Shown here: positions 8,058 to 16,872 of the stretch, in pieces
How positions within the stretch are numbered: the first letter of the stretch is position 1
How the letters are laid out: each line of letters begins with the position of its first letter
Assembly (NCBI GenBank): GCA_964402565.1
Contig: CAYOCJ010000002.1
Span: forward strand, 170,982 to 234,981
Length of the DNA: 64,000 bases
Source of the DNA: an uncultured Gammaproteobacteria bacterium
Lineage (GTDB): Bacteria; Patescibacteriota; Patescibacteriia; UBA1558; 2-01-FULL-52-15
Reading direction: 5' to 3'
Notes under the pieces: model-generated
Seen by the model: the letters and a program-made list of their open reading frames with translations, nothing else
What the model was told of the DNA's origin: nothing
Database searches by the model: none
Made by a program: the position numbers and the translations under genes

Positions 8058-9728
8058 TCATTGCAGCCATAGGATGTACGCTTTACCGTCGGTAAAAAAG
8101 GAATCACCAGATGCATTGATGCCTCGAGTTGGCCGGACTATGTCGAGTTTTGTATGTTCAGAAACCATGTGGGTAGCAATAAGTTCTTGGAAAATTTTTT
8201 CTCGTTCACGGTCAATGTCAGGATCAATCCTGTGTGTCGGTAGGGGAATTTTTGAGCCAATCTCGATGCCATTATCCAAACTGGCTGTCCCAACCCATAA
8301 GGGGCGACCGTCGACAGAATACTGAGTTTTCCAAAAGCGTGCATGGTGTCTCCGTCGTGCGGTTGCATCATCGGTTAGTTGTTTTTCAAACCCCAGGTCA
8401 TTGGCTGTGGTATTGTAAAACGCCGGTGTCATAGGACCAGATGCGTACATGACATTTCTCGCAATTGCCGAAAGCTCGTGTATGACATTACTGAAGTTTA
8501 CGAGATCAGCCAAGTGCCACCCTGCTTGATTAAAGGTGTTGATAATTTGATTTTGTTCACCCAGGATGAGGAAGCTTAAGGGTTCCATGTTTTCTCCAAG
8601 CAGATTTTCACTGTATCTTGGTTCATGTTCAATAAAATCTTGTAGAGTGATAGCTCGAGTCGCAATGTTAGGTGTTATGATTGTTGTGCCATGGGCAGTA
8701 GTATATATACTGCCTAGCGGCACGAAGGTAAGTAATAAAGTTATTACCTTGGATGCTAGAGAAATTTTTTTTCGCGATGTGCTCACGGGCACCTGGAAGT
8801 TAATCTCATATCCAGCAATGGCGATCGTAAGGATTAGCAAACCGAGGTACCAGCCAGCAATAACGTCGCTGGGATAATGAACCCCAAGGTAGATACGACT
8901 GATACCGATGGCTGTGACAAGAAGAAAAAAAGCAGCAATGGTCAGTGCTTTATACCAAACACTACGAACCCGCTTGATAATGAGGTAACTGATAAAACCA
9001 TAGAGACAAATTGCTATGACCGCGTGTCCACTAGGAAAGCTGAATGACGGTGGAAGTGTAATAAGATTTAGGCCAGCGGGTCGGGGACGGTGACCGATCC
9101 ACTTTGTCAACCAGTAGGCACTATATCCTGACCCGACTGATAGTATAAAATAACGAATTACGCTATAGTCTTTATCCATAAGCAAATAAACAAGAGTAAT
9201 TGCAGAAACGAGGAGTACGGTACTGGTATTTGCAAAAGTGGTGATATAGATGAACAAGGACGCATAGCGGGGCGAGATAAAGGCTTGTATGAGGTGAATC
9301 GTTCTTGCATCGGCGAGGTACAAAGGATCCTTGAGTAGAATATCAAAAACTATAATAGTAAATTGAATAAGAAAAAACCCAGCGATAAAAGCACAAATTG
9401 TTGTATACAGTCCTGATGGAAAATTTTTGTCGAGTCTTTTTTTCAAAAAAAAGTACGTACGTGGCCATCGTGATTGAGTTGCTGCTAGGCTTTTTTGCCA
9501 AACACGAGTATGAGCGATACTATGTCCTAGGCTTGAGAGTATTTGGAGAAGTGTTTCTCTCTTTCTGAAAATCCAGACTGAAAATAATCCAATGCATGTA
9601 GACAGGGCGGTTGCGAGAATGAGGACGGCAGCAAGCCCGAGGCCCCAATAACTAAAGTATACAAACAGCTCAAATGATGCATAGATAAATCCAAGAACGG
9701 TCGCAGTGATGAAAATTTTTTTGGCCAT
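8058..9728 (-). CDS. PAP2 lipid phosphatase (BcrC/PgpB-like) with a C-terminal LssY_C-like domain
   Basis: PAP2 motifs are KX6RP (GHRPRPAG), PSGH (FPSGHA) and SRX5HX3D (ISRIYLGVHYPSDV) within 10+ TM helices. The ~230-aa C-terminal soluble extension resembles the LssY C-terminal domain. Confidence 0.8.
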   Translation of the reverse strand: MAKKIFITATVLGFIYASFELFVYFSYWGLGLAAVLILATALSTCIGLFSVWIFRKRETLLQILSSLGHSIAHTRVWQKSLAATQSRWPRTYFFLKKRLDKNFPSGLYTTICAFIAGFFLIQFTIIVFDILLKDPLYLADARTIHLIQAFISPRYASLFIYITTFANTSTVLLVSAITLVYLLMDKDYSVIRYFILSVGSGYSAYWLTKWIGHRPRPAGLNLITLPPSFSFPSGHAVIAICLYGFISYLIIKRVRSVWYKALTIAAFFLLVTAIGISRIYLGVHYPSDVIAGWYLGLLILTIAIAGYEINFQVPVSTSRKKISLASKVITLLLTFVPLGSIYTTAHGTTIITPNIATRAITLQDFIEHEPRYSENLLGENMEPLSFLILGEQNQIINTFNQAGWHLADLVNFSNVIHELSAIARNVMYASGPMTPAFYNTTANDLGFEKQLTDDATARRRHHARFWKTQYSVDGRPLWVGTASLDNGIEIGSKIPLPTHRIDPDIDREREKIFQELIATHMVSEHTKLDIVRPTRGINASGDSFFTDGKAYILWLQ

Positions 9729-9838
9729 AGTGCTATTCTAGCAAAGAAAAGGAGTTATAAATAGCATAGTGTTCATGCAATCGTTGTTAGAATGTCCTAC
9801 ACCAATACCCGTTTCCATAGTATTTTAGAATGCTCAAG

Positions 9839-10099
9839 GCGCGGCGACATCCCCTTGAACCCCTGTCGCCGCGCATTTTTTCCTTCCCGCCCAGCCGTCA
9901 GGCCTGACGGCTGGGCGCTAGCCTTGTGTATCTCTTTTTGCTAGAGTGAGTTTTGGATGGGCAAATTTGACCCCGCGCCGCCACAGGCGGCGCGCATCAG
10001 AATTCAGCATCGGGATTTTCATTAAAAAACGTTCGAACTTCGTCCAAAAAGGACCGCCATTGTTTTCTGGACTCATCGAAGATGAGTACGGAAAGCAAT
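9839..10099. repeat. right arm of the 261-bp inverted repeat (IR-R), abutting the tRNA-Ser 3' end
   Basis: Reverse complement of 6177-6437. Its last base is shared with the first encoded base of the tRNA CCA end. Confidence 0.85.
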
Positions 10100-10189
10100 G
10101 GCGGAGACGGGAGGATTCGAACCTCCGAGACCCTTTGGGGGTCTAACGCTTTTCGAGAGCGCCCCGTTCAACCACTCTGGCACGTCTCC
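10099..10189 (-). tRNA. tRNA-Ser (anticodon CGA), CCA encoded
   Basis: Cloverleaf with acceptor GGAGACG/CGTCTCC. Anticodon stem GCGCU/AGCGU with loop CUCGAAA (U33, CGA, A37). Long variable arm GACCC/GGGUC and T-arm GGAGG-TTCGAAT-CCTCC. Confidence 0.9.
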
Positions 10190-10226
10190 ATCCGCGCTTA
10201 GTATACTTATTTCTTGTATTTTTTCA

Positions 10227-11069
10227 ATGCAGAGGCTCTTTATGGTATACTATGCATATCACACTATGACCATTACGTATCCCAAGGGTGACAGTGACTC
10301 ATCAGCCAACCTGAATCCGCCCGCAAGCGCATCGCATCTGACCGCCGTAGCAATTGCGGTAAGCATCGTCTTCCTCGTTGTCGCTGCAGGCTTGTGGTAT
10401 GGCTTTTCGCAATCAAAAAAAGCTGTCGAATCCGTTCCTGCTGCGGTCATTCCGCTGCCTGCATCGCCTGCAGTGGAAGGAGCGCGCGTGTATGAGGCGA
10501 TCGATGGATTACAGCAATGTCAAAAGAATACTCCTGATCTGAACACGGCTGACGCACAGAAGAAGAGGCAGAATTGCTATTATGCGGTCATGACAATTTT
10601 TGCAACATCATCTATTTGCAATATCATTGCATTGGACGGCAGCAGCTCAGATCTTTGCAAGCAAGCAGAAGCCCGTTTCATCAAGGATTATCCGAACGGC
10701 ATACCGAAAACGGATATACCGCTAGTCGGTGCAAAGACAAATGCAAATTCAAATCCCTCCGTTCCTGGCTCCGGCGGTTCGGCAGGGTTAGGCACGAAAG
10801 GTAGCACTGGATCCACCGGCGGTAGCGGAGGGATAAACTCGAATACGAACACGCAATCTAATACAAATACCGGCTCGCAGAACACGAATACCAACTCAAC
10901 AAGCAATGCGAATACTTCCGGCAATACTAATACTGCGGGCAATTCCAATAGTTCGACCAGCCAAAACAGCAATAACAACAGCAATCAGAACGAAACATCA
11001 AATGATCTGCCCCCATGCCTGAATGACGGTGGTGAGCCGACCTTGTTGCAGCATACCAACTGCCAATAG
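10227..11069 (+). CDS. membrane-anchored protein with an Asn/Thr/Ser/Gly-rich low-complexity C-terminal tail
   Basis: Single TM (LTAVAIAVSIVFLVVAAGLWYGF), then NTNTQSNTNTGSQNTNTNST... Start taken at an ATG downstream of the tRNA (10227 or 10266). The ORF-track start at 10098 overlaps the tRNA and is rejected. Confidence 0.5.
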   Translation: MQRLFMVYYAYHTMTITYPKGDSDSSANLNPPASASHLTAVAIAVSIVFLVVAAGLWYGFSQSKKAVESVPAAVIPLPASPAVEGARVYEAIDGLQQCQKNTPDLNTADAQKKRQNCYYAVMTIFATSSICNIIALDGSSSDLCKQAEARFIKDYPNGIPKTDIPLVGAKTNANSNPSVPGSGGSAGLGTKGSTGSTGGSGGINSNTNTQSNTNTGSQNTNTNSTSNANTSGNTNTAGNSNSSTSQNSNNNSNQNETSNDLPPCLNDGGEPTLLQHTNCQ

Positions 11070-11162
11070 TAACCTGGTTCAAATGTCCCGCTCCGCGCAA
11101 ATAACCGTAGATCGGTTCAAAAATGATTGTCCGAAAGCAGTCATTTTTGTTATAATTCCAGT

Positions 11163-11780
11163 ATGAGAAAAATTATCACCACGACATTCGTAACGATGGA
11201 TGGCGTCATGCAGGCACCAGGCGAATCAAAGGAAGATACTGCTGACGGTTTTGCGTATGGAGGTTGGCAGCAGCAGTCTGACTGGGCTGATGACATAACG
11301 GGCAAGATCATCAAGGCTTTCATGACCGCTCCTTTTGAGCTGCTCTTGGGAAGGCGCACTTACGATATCTTTGCCGGGTACTGGCCCAATCATCCAGAAA
11401 TTGAGCTCATAGCTAAACCGTTCAACAGCACAAAAAAGTATGTTGTCTCCCATGCGCCCATGGAACTTTCTTGGAATAATTCTGCGCTCATTACAGGAGA
11501 CGTGGTGGCAGAAATAAAAAAACTTAAAACTTTAGACGGTCCCGATCTGTGGGTGTGGGGTAGCGGCAACCTCATCCAAACGCTCCTGCAGCACAACCTC
11601 ATAGATCGAATGTACGTCTGGACGCATCCTGTCACTATCGGCACTGGCAAGAAATTATTTGCGGAAGGCACACAACCCGAGCGATTTAAAGTTGTTGACT
11701 CAAAAATCTCCACAACTGGTGTCGTTATCGTAACCTATGAGCCTGACGGACAGCTCAAAACAGGTTCGTTTGTTAAGTAG
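11163..11780 (+). CDS. dihydrofolate-reductase-family protein (RibD C-terminal-domain-like)
   Basis: MRKIITTTFVTMDGVMQAP...LLLGRRTY...WVWGSGNLIQTLL pattern of the DHFR-like/YwjB family. Confidence 0.65.
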   Translation: MRKIITTTFVTMDGVMQAPGESKEDTADGFAYGGWQQQSDWADDITGKIIKAFMTAPFELLLGRRTYDIFAGYWPNHPEIELIAKPFNSTKKYVVSHAPMELSWNNSALITGDVVAEIKKLKTLDGPDLWVWGSGNLIQTLLQHNLIDRMYVWTHPVTIGTGKKLFAEGTQPERFKVVDSKISTTGVVIVTYEPDGQLKTGSFVK

Positions 11781-11888
11781 AACTATTCCTTCAAATCAGG
11801 TATCAAGACCGAAGGATTTTCTCTAATCTTATTTCCAACAGCGTCCAGTACGTTGCGGATCGGGATTTTTTTATTTTTCTGCAGAAAA

Positions 11889-11910
11889 GTGGCAAATATG
11901 CTATACTATA
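11889..11910 (+). promoter_or_regulatory. putative extended -10 promoter (TGcTATACT) for pilB
   Basis: tgctatactat is 10-20 nt upstream of the pilB ATG. No good -35 was seen. Confidence 0.3.
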
Positions 11911-11919
11911 GTTCAAACT

Positions 11920-13650
11920 ATGAGACTACCGATCACCTACGAAGACCTAAAAACCTTACTGTTCAATCAAAAGTTGATCAGCCAATCCGATTGGACAAGC
12001 GCTGAAAAGAATGCGAACCGCAGACGCCGTGGCATTGAAGAGGTTTTGATAGAGAGAGGCTTTTTCACTGAAGCGTACCTGTTTGAAATGATAGCTGCTG
12101 CACTGAAGATACCCTATATCAACCTGCGCACGGTGAAAGTCGAGGATGATGCGTTCAAAATGCTGCCAGAAGACGTTGCGCAAACGACGAAATGCATCGC
12201 ATTCGAGAAAAATACGAAGAAAGGAACGATAAAAGTCGCCACGTTAAATCCGCTCAGCACTGAAAGTCTGACCGCGGCACAGCAGGCGATAGGGCAAACC
12301 TGTGAATGGTTCCTCATGAATGACAAGAGTTACCGGTACGCTCTTCGTTTTTATAATACTGACCTGAAAGAAGATCTGCTGAAAATCATCAATCAGCATA
12401 TACAGGGCGTGCAAGGCAAGGCTATCGGCTTGGATTTGCCTGTGGTCAAGATATTCGATACCTTGCTCGAATATGCATTGCTTGAGCAGGCGTCTGATAT
12501 CCACATTGAACCGTTGTCAGATGCAGTACTTGTCCGTTTCCGTATCGACGGCGAACTCGAGGATAAGATCGAATTGCCGATCTCACTCAAGGATGCAATG
12601 ATTGCACGCATCAAGATCCTGTCTGACCTAAAGATCGATGAACATCGGGTCCCGCAGGACGGTCGTTTAGGTTTCAAGATCGATGATCTGGAAGAATCAG
12701 CCCGTGTTTCCATCATACCGACGATGTATGGAGAAAAAGCCGTGATGCGGCTGCTTTCAGACGAGATGCAGAATTTCAGTTTGCAGGATATTGGTCTGTC
12801 AAAAAAGAATCATGATCTGGTTCTGCGCAGCATACAGAAGCCGTTCGGCATGATACTCGTCGTCGGCCCTACTGGATCTGGCAAAACAACTACGTTGTAT
12901 GCCATTTTGAATATTTTGAATACGGAAGATGTAAATATCTCGACCATCGAAGATCCTATCGAATATGGCATCCGGCGCGTGAATCAAACGCAGGTGAATA
13001 CGACAGCGGGATATACATTTGCCAGTGGTTTGCGCTCATTGCTGCGGCAGGATCCTGATATCATCATGATCGGTGAGATCCGCGACGGTGAGACCGCACA
13101 GATAGCCGTTCGCGCTGCATTGACCGGGCATCTGGTCCTTTCTACATTGCACACAAATAATGCCGCAGGAGCCTTGCCTCGCTTGCTTGATATGGGCGTC
13201 GAGCCTTTCCTGACCGCATCGACGGTCAATATTGTCATCGCACAGCGGCTAGTCCGCAGGATTTGCATAGAATGCATTGCGAGTTATAAACTATCTGGTG
13301 TAGAGGTAAAGGCATTGTCAAAAGAGTATGATTTGCGGGCAATAGTTATACGCATGCAGAAGTTGGGCGTCATTGATAAAAAAATCGAGAACTTTTCAAG
13401 CCTGCCCTTCTATAAGGGCAAAGGGTGCAATCGATGCCACGGCACTGGCTATACGGGGCGTGTTTCCGTGACGGAAGCTTTGGTTAATAGCCATGCGATA
13501 CAGCAGGCGATCATAAAGAATATGTCGTCGGAAGACTTTGAAGCGATCGCATTGCAAGAAGGCATGATACCGATTTTCGATGATGCGATGCAGAAAGCAT
13601 TGCTTGGCGTCACAACCCTAGAAGAAGTATTGCGAATTTCAAGAGAATAA
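11920..13650 (+). CDS. pilB: type IV pilus assembly ATPase (GspE/PilB family)
   Basis: N-terminal GSPII_E N domains. Walker A is VVGPTGSGKTTTLY. Asp/His boxes include GEIRDGETAQIAVRAALTGHLVLSTLHTNNAAG. C-terminal tetracysteine CIECIASY...CNRCHGTGY. Confidence 0.92.
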   Translation: MRLPITYEDLKTLLFNQKLISQSDWTSAEKNANRRRRGIEEVLIERGFFTEAYLFEMIAAALKIPYINLRTVKVEDDAFKMLPEDVAQTTKCIAFEKNTKKGTIKVATLNPLSTESLTAAQQAIGQTCEWFLMNDKSYRYALRFYNTDLKEDLLKIINQHIQGVQGKAIGLDLPVVKIFDTLLEYALLEQASDIHIEPLSDAVLVRFRIDGELEDKIELPISLKDAMIARIKILSDLKIDEHRVPQDGRLGFKIDDLEESARVSIIPTMYGEKAVMRLLSDEMQNFSLQDIGLSKKNHDLVLRSIQKPFGMILVVGPTGSGKTTTLYAILNILNTEDVNISTIEDPIEYGIRRVNQTQVNTTAGYTFASGLRSLLRQDPDIIMIGEIRDGETAQIAVRAALTGHLVLSTLHTNNAAGALPRLLDMGVEPFLTASTVNIVIAQRLVRRICIECIASYKLSGVEVKALSKEYDLRAIVIRMQKLGVIDKKIENFSSLPFYKGKGCNRCHGTGYTGRVSVTEALVNSHAIQQAIIKNMSSEDFEAIALQEGMIPIFDDAMQKALLGVTTLEEVLRISRE

Positions 13651-13651
13651 T

Positions 13652-14848
13652 ATGGCAGCACCAGCAGCAGCCACCATGCAGGCACCGATGCAGCCCCTGC
13701 GCAAGCAGGAGGGCGCTCTTTCGTCATTGCCGACGCCGACTCAGAAAGAACAGGCGGTACAGGTTGTCAAACAGCAGCGAGAGAAAAAGGAAAAGAAACC
13801 GCTCATATCCTTGGGCGTTTCTCAGAACGAGAAGATTTTTTTTATCGACAACCTGGCGACCATGCTGACCGCCGGTTTGTCGCTATCATTGGGGCTTCGT
13901 ACTTTGTCGACCGAGACCAAAAATAAGACCATGAAGCGGGCATTGCGATCGATCGAACATGTGATCGATAACGGGCGCCAGCTCTCTGACGGTTTGGCGC
14001 AACACCCGGAAGTGTTCCCGCCATTATTTGTCGCAGTTATTCGCGTCGGCGAGGCCGGCGGAACGCTTTCAGATGTATTGATTCGTCTTGCCGCCATTGC
14101 AAAAAAGGAAAAAGCGCTGCGCAGCAAGGTTATCAGCGCTCTGATCTATCCGGCTATCGTTGTCCTTGCAATGATCGCAATTGTATTCATTCTGATGCTG
14201 TATGTATTCCCGCAGCTCATCGCTATCTTCGAAGATGTGGGAGCAGAATTGCCGATCCAGACCAGGATACTTATCGCCACCGTGCATTTTTTCCAAAATT
14301 ACGGAGTCTATATCGGCCTTGGTGCGATTCTATTGTTCATTTTGTTCATCTTCGGCCGCCGTTTCAAAAAAATTCACCGTTTCTATCACTTAATGCTCCT
14401 GGGCATGCCGTTTTTCGGCAAGATCGCGAAAGAATTGGCGCTGACCAGGATCCTGGGCAATATTAAAATGCTTATGGTATCAGGCGTGCCTATCGTCCAA
14501 GCATTCACGATCGGCTCAAAGACTGCCGGCAACCTTGTCTATGAAGAAGAATTGGTGCGGATCTCAAGAAAGCTGGAATTGGGCAATTCACTGCATACCA
14601 TTCTGAGCCAGCGGCCCGCGCTCTTTCCTTCGCTTGCCGTAACCATGGCTAAGGTCGGCGAAGAGACCGGAAAGCTGGATGAGATCATGGGCAAGCTTCA
14701 GGCATTCTATGAAAATCGCGTTGATACGGTATTCTCAAACCTGTCGACTATCATTGAGCCGTTCCTACTGCTTTCGATAGGAGTCATGGTCGGCTTTATA
14801 GCCGTATCCGTGATCATGCCAATTTATAATTTGGCGCAATCCTTCTAG
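13652..14848 (+). CDS. pilC: type IV pilus / T2SS platform protein (GspF/PilC family)
   Basis: Two T2SS_F domains, each followed by TM helices. It lies immediately downstream of pilB. Confidence 0.9.
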   Translation: MAAPAAATMQAPMQPLRKQEGALSSLPTPTQKEQAVQVVKQQREKKEKKPLISLGVSQNEKIFFIDNLATMLTAGLSLSLGLRTLSTETKNKTMKRALRSIEHVIDNGRQLSDGLAQHPEVFPPLFVAVIRVGEAGGTLSDVLIRLAAIAKKEKALRSKVISALIYPAIVVLAMIAIVFILMLYVFPQLIAIFEDVGAELPIQTRILIATVHFFQNYGVYIGLGAILLFILFIFGRRFKKIHRFYHLMLLGMPFFGKIAKELALTRILGNIKMLMVSGVPIVQAFTIGSKTAGNLVYEEELVRISRKLELGNSLHTILSQRPALFPSLAVTMAKVGEETGKLDEIMGKLQAFYENRVDTVFSNLSTIIEPFLLLSIGVMVGFIAVSVIMPIYNLAQSF

Positions 14849-16276
14849 TTATAATTCTCTCCAGGTAATGATATCGTAGGCGGTTTCAGTCGAGGGGAAA
14901 TAAGGTGGTGAGAAGTAGAGCAAGTTCGCGTCATAGGTAATGACGCGATTTTGATATCCATTCCCATCGCTGTATCGCGTGCCATAGACACCGTTCGAAG
15001 CTATCAGGCCAAAGAGAGTCAGTGATTGTCTGGTTCCATACGGCGAGCAATATGCAGCAGGGTAGTAGTAGCGTCCGACGCGACCGTTCTTTGCCACTAA
15101 AGCAGCGTCGATCCGCAAATTATCGGCGCTGACCATGCCGGTATTAATATTGTTTTGCGCGATGATCCCGAGGATATCCCTTCCGTCATAATTCGTATAA
15201 CTCAGGTCATCATTGATAGTGACGTTCGCATAGGTCGTCGGGTTTTCCGGGAATCGCGCTGCACCGATCGTCAGCCGGGCAGTATTTATTTTTCCGTCGA
15301 CCCATAAATCATCTTCCACGAATAAGGCTCCATTGCCTGGGAGGTTGATCGTGTTTTGGAACACTTGCGTCGAGATGCTCCAGGTTCCCCATCCGCTCTG
15401 ATTCTGCGTATTTGAACAATTCACATTAGGCGGCGCAACGAGAGCCGTGACTTTATAGACATCGATGGTGTCATTCGTCTTGAGCACTAAGTGGTATCCC
15501 AATGCTCCCGAATTCGCCATGTATGTTCCCCCAGACTGAGCTTTGGATTTTATCGTTGCGAGGTCTTCAGTGATTCCAGCGAAATCGAATGCAGGTACCG
15601 GGAATTGCCTGCCGCCGGCAAATACATCAGGCCTGCTGGGGGCGCTTGCTGGTGGCAATGGATCCGTTGGGCTCACGTGTGTATGCACGCCGAATTCATT
15701 TGCGCCTGCGTGGCTGGGGTCGTCGTATTGTGTCACTGAGCTGGTTACTAAACCATTCGCGAGACCATCAAACCGAATGCCTCCATTGGCATGGATCTTA
15801 CCATTCACGGTGACATTCTCAGCGAAATAGAGGTTCGTGTTGCCGATCACCGCATAGGAAGCGAGCGATGGCTGACCGAGCACGACTTCTACCGTACGGC
15901 TTGCACGGGGATCTGCATCGACCTTGCCAGTTGATTTGATCGTTGCCGTATTAAAGCCATCAGCCGGAGGAGTGATCTCAAGGGAGAATTCTCCAATACG
16001 GTTGCCGCCGACATCATCGTATTCATGGATATAGGGGCCTGGGTTTCCGGTGCCGTCCTGGAAATCATCCGGCGAATGCGCCAATCGCCAGCGGTAATAC
16101 TCGATGCCTGACTCGGCGACATTAATTGCCTGCTCGCGGTAGTATTCATGTTTTGAAAATCGTATATTCGAACTTGCCCATGCGATGAGGCCGCCGATAA
16201 AGATAAAAGCGATCGCAGCAAATACTAAGACTTGAAAAAGGATAGCGCCCTCTTGGTTGATGTGTTTGCTTTTCAT
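14849..16276 (-). CDS. PilX/ComGG-like pilus-associated protein with an N-terminal TM anchor
   Basis: N-terminal hydrophobic helix followed by AINVAESGIEYYRWRL, resembling the PilX_N signature. It is the last gene of the pilin operon. Confidence 0.55.
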   Translation of the reverse strand: MKSKHINQEGAILFQVLVFAAIAFIFIGGLIAWASSNIRFSKHEYYREQAINVAESGIEYYRWRLAHSPDDFQDGTGNPGPYIHEYDDVGGNRIGEFSLEITPPADGFNTATIKSTGKVDADPRASRTVEVVLGQPSLASYAVIGNTNLYFAENVTVNGKIHANGGIRFDGLANGLVTSSVTQYDDPSHAGANEFGVHTHVSPTDPLPPASAPSRPDVFAGGRQFPVPAFDFAGITEDLATIKSKAQSGGTYMANSGALGYHLVLKTNDTIDVYKVTALVAPPNVNCSNTQNQSGWGTWSISTQVFQNTINLPGNGALFVEDDLWVDGKINTARLTIGAARFPENPTTYANVTINDDLSYTNYDGRDILGIIAQNNINTGMVSADNLRIDAALVAKNGRVGRYYYPAAYCSPYGTRQSLTLFGLIASNGVYGTRYSDGNGYQNRVITYDANLLYFSPPYFPSTETAYDIITWREL

Positions 16277-16872
16277 TTGTTTTTCAGTGATCGTATATCT
16301 GCCCGGGTTTCCAGCGTACGCGGCATCTGGTCAGCAACCCGCGGGTCGACGGAAATATGCAATTCAACCAGACGAACATCTGCGGGTGACACCGGCTGTG
16401 TCAATGGCGGCGTAGAGGTCGAACCGTCAAAGCTACTGCCATAGTAAATAAAGTAAGGCGGCGCAGTGATGACATTGTCGACCATCGAGCTGACGCTTTC
16501 ATTTGCCGAATCATAGGACAGCGGTTGTCCGGTCGGCACGATCAGGCCTCGTTTGAGTGATCCGTTCTCCACAAAGTAGCGAATGCGCTCGACAATGCCA
16601 TCACCGCTGCGGTCCGCGTAGAAAGAAACAACACTGTCAGTACTGCTGGCCACCGGGAAGCTGCCGTCATTCGGGATCTGCGCAGCCCTGATCTCTGAAG
16701 TGAAATTGCGCAGCACCAAAAGCGACTGCTGGTCTAATGTGCTCCGTGCTTTCGAAATTTGGTTGTCGCGGAGGATCTTTATTTGCAGGACAGAAATGGC
16801 AGTAATGATCAGGCTAAAGATGCCAACCGATATTATGACTTCAAGGATAGTAAAGCCGCGATGCCGTTGCAT
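16273..16872 (-). CDS. type IV pilin / pseudopilin
   Basis: Class III signal MQRHRG|FTILEVIISVGIFSLIITAISV with Glu at +5. Start chosen at the Met just before the motif (cat at 16870-16872). The upstream giant pilin ends in TAATG overlap. Confidence 0.85.
   Translation of the reverse strand: MQRHRGFTILEVIISVGIFSLIITAISVLQIKILRDNQISKARSTLDQQSLLVLRNFTSEIRAAQIPNDGSFPVASSTDSVVSFYADRSGDGIVERIRYFVENGSLKRGLIVPTGQPLSYDSANESVSSMVDNVITAPPYFIYYGSSFDGSTSTPPLTQPVSPADVRLVELHISVDPRVADQMPRTLETRADIRSLKNK

Noticed and set aside
10098-10226. ORF-track start at 10098 for the 10098..11069 ORF
   Set aside because: It is antisense to and fully overlapping the tRNA-Ser gene. Downstream ATGs give a sensible membrane-anchored protein.
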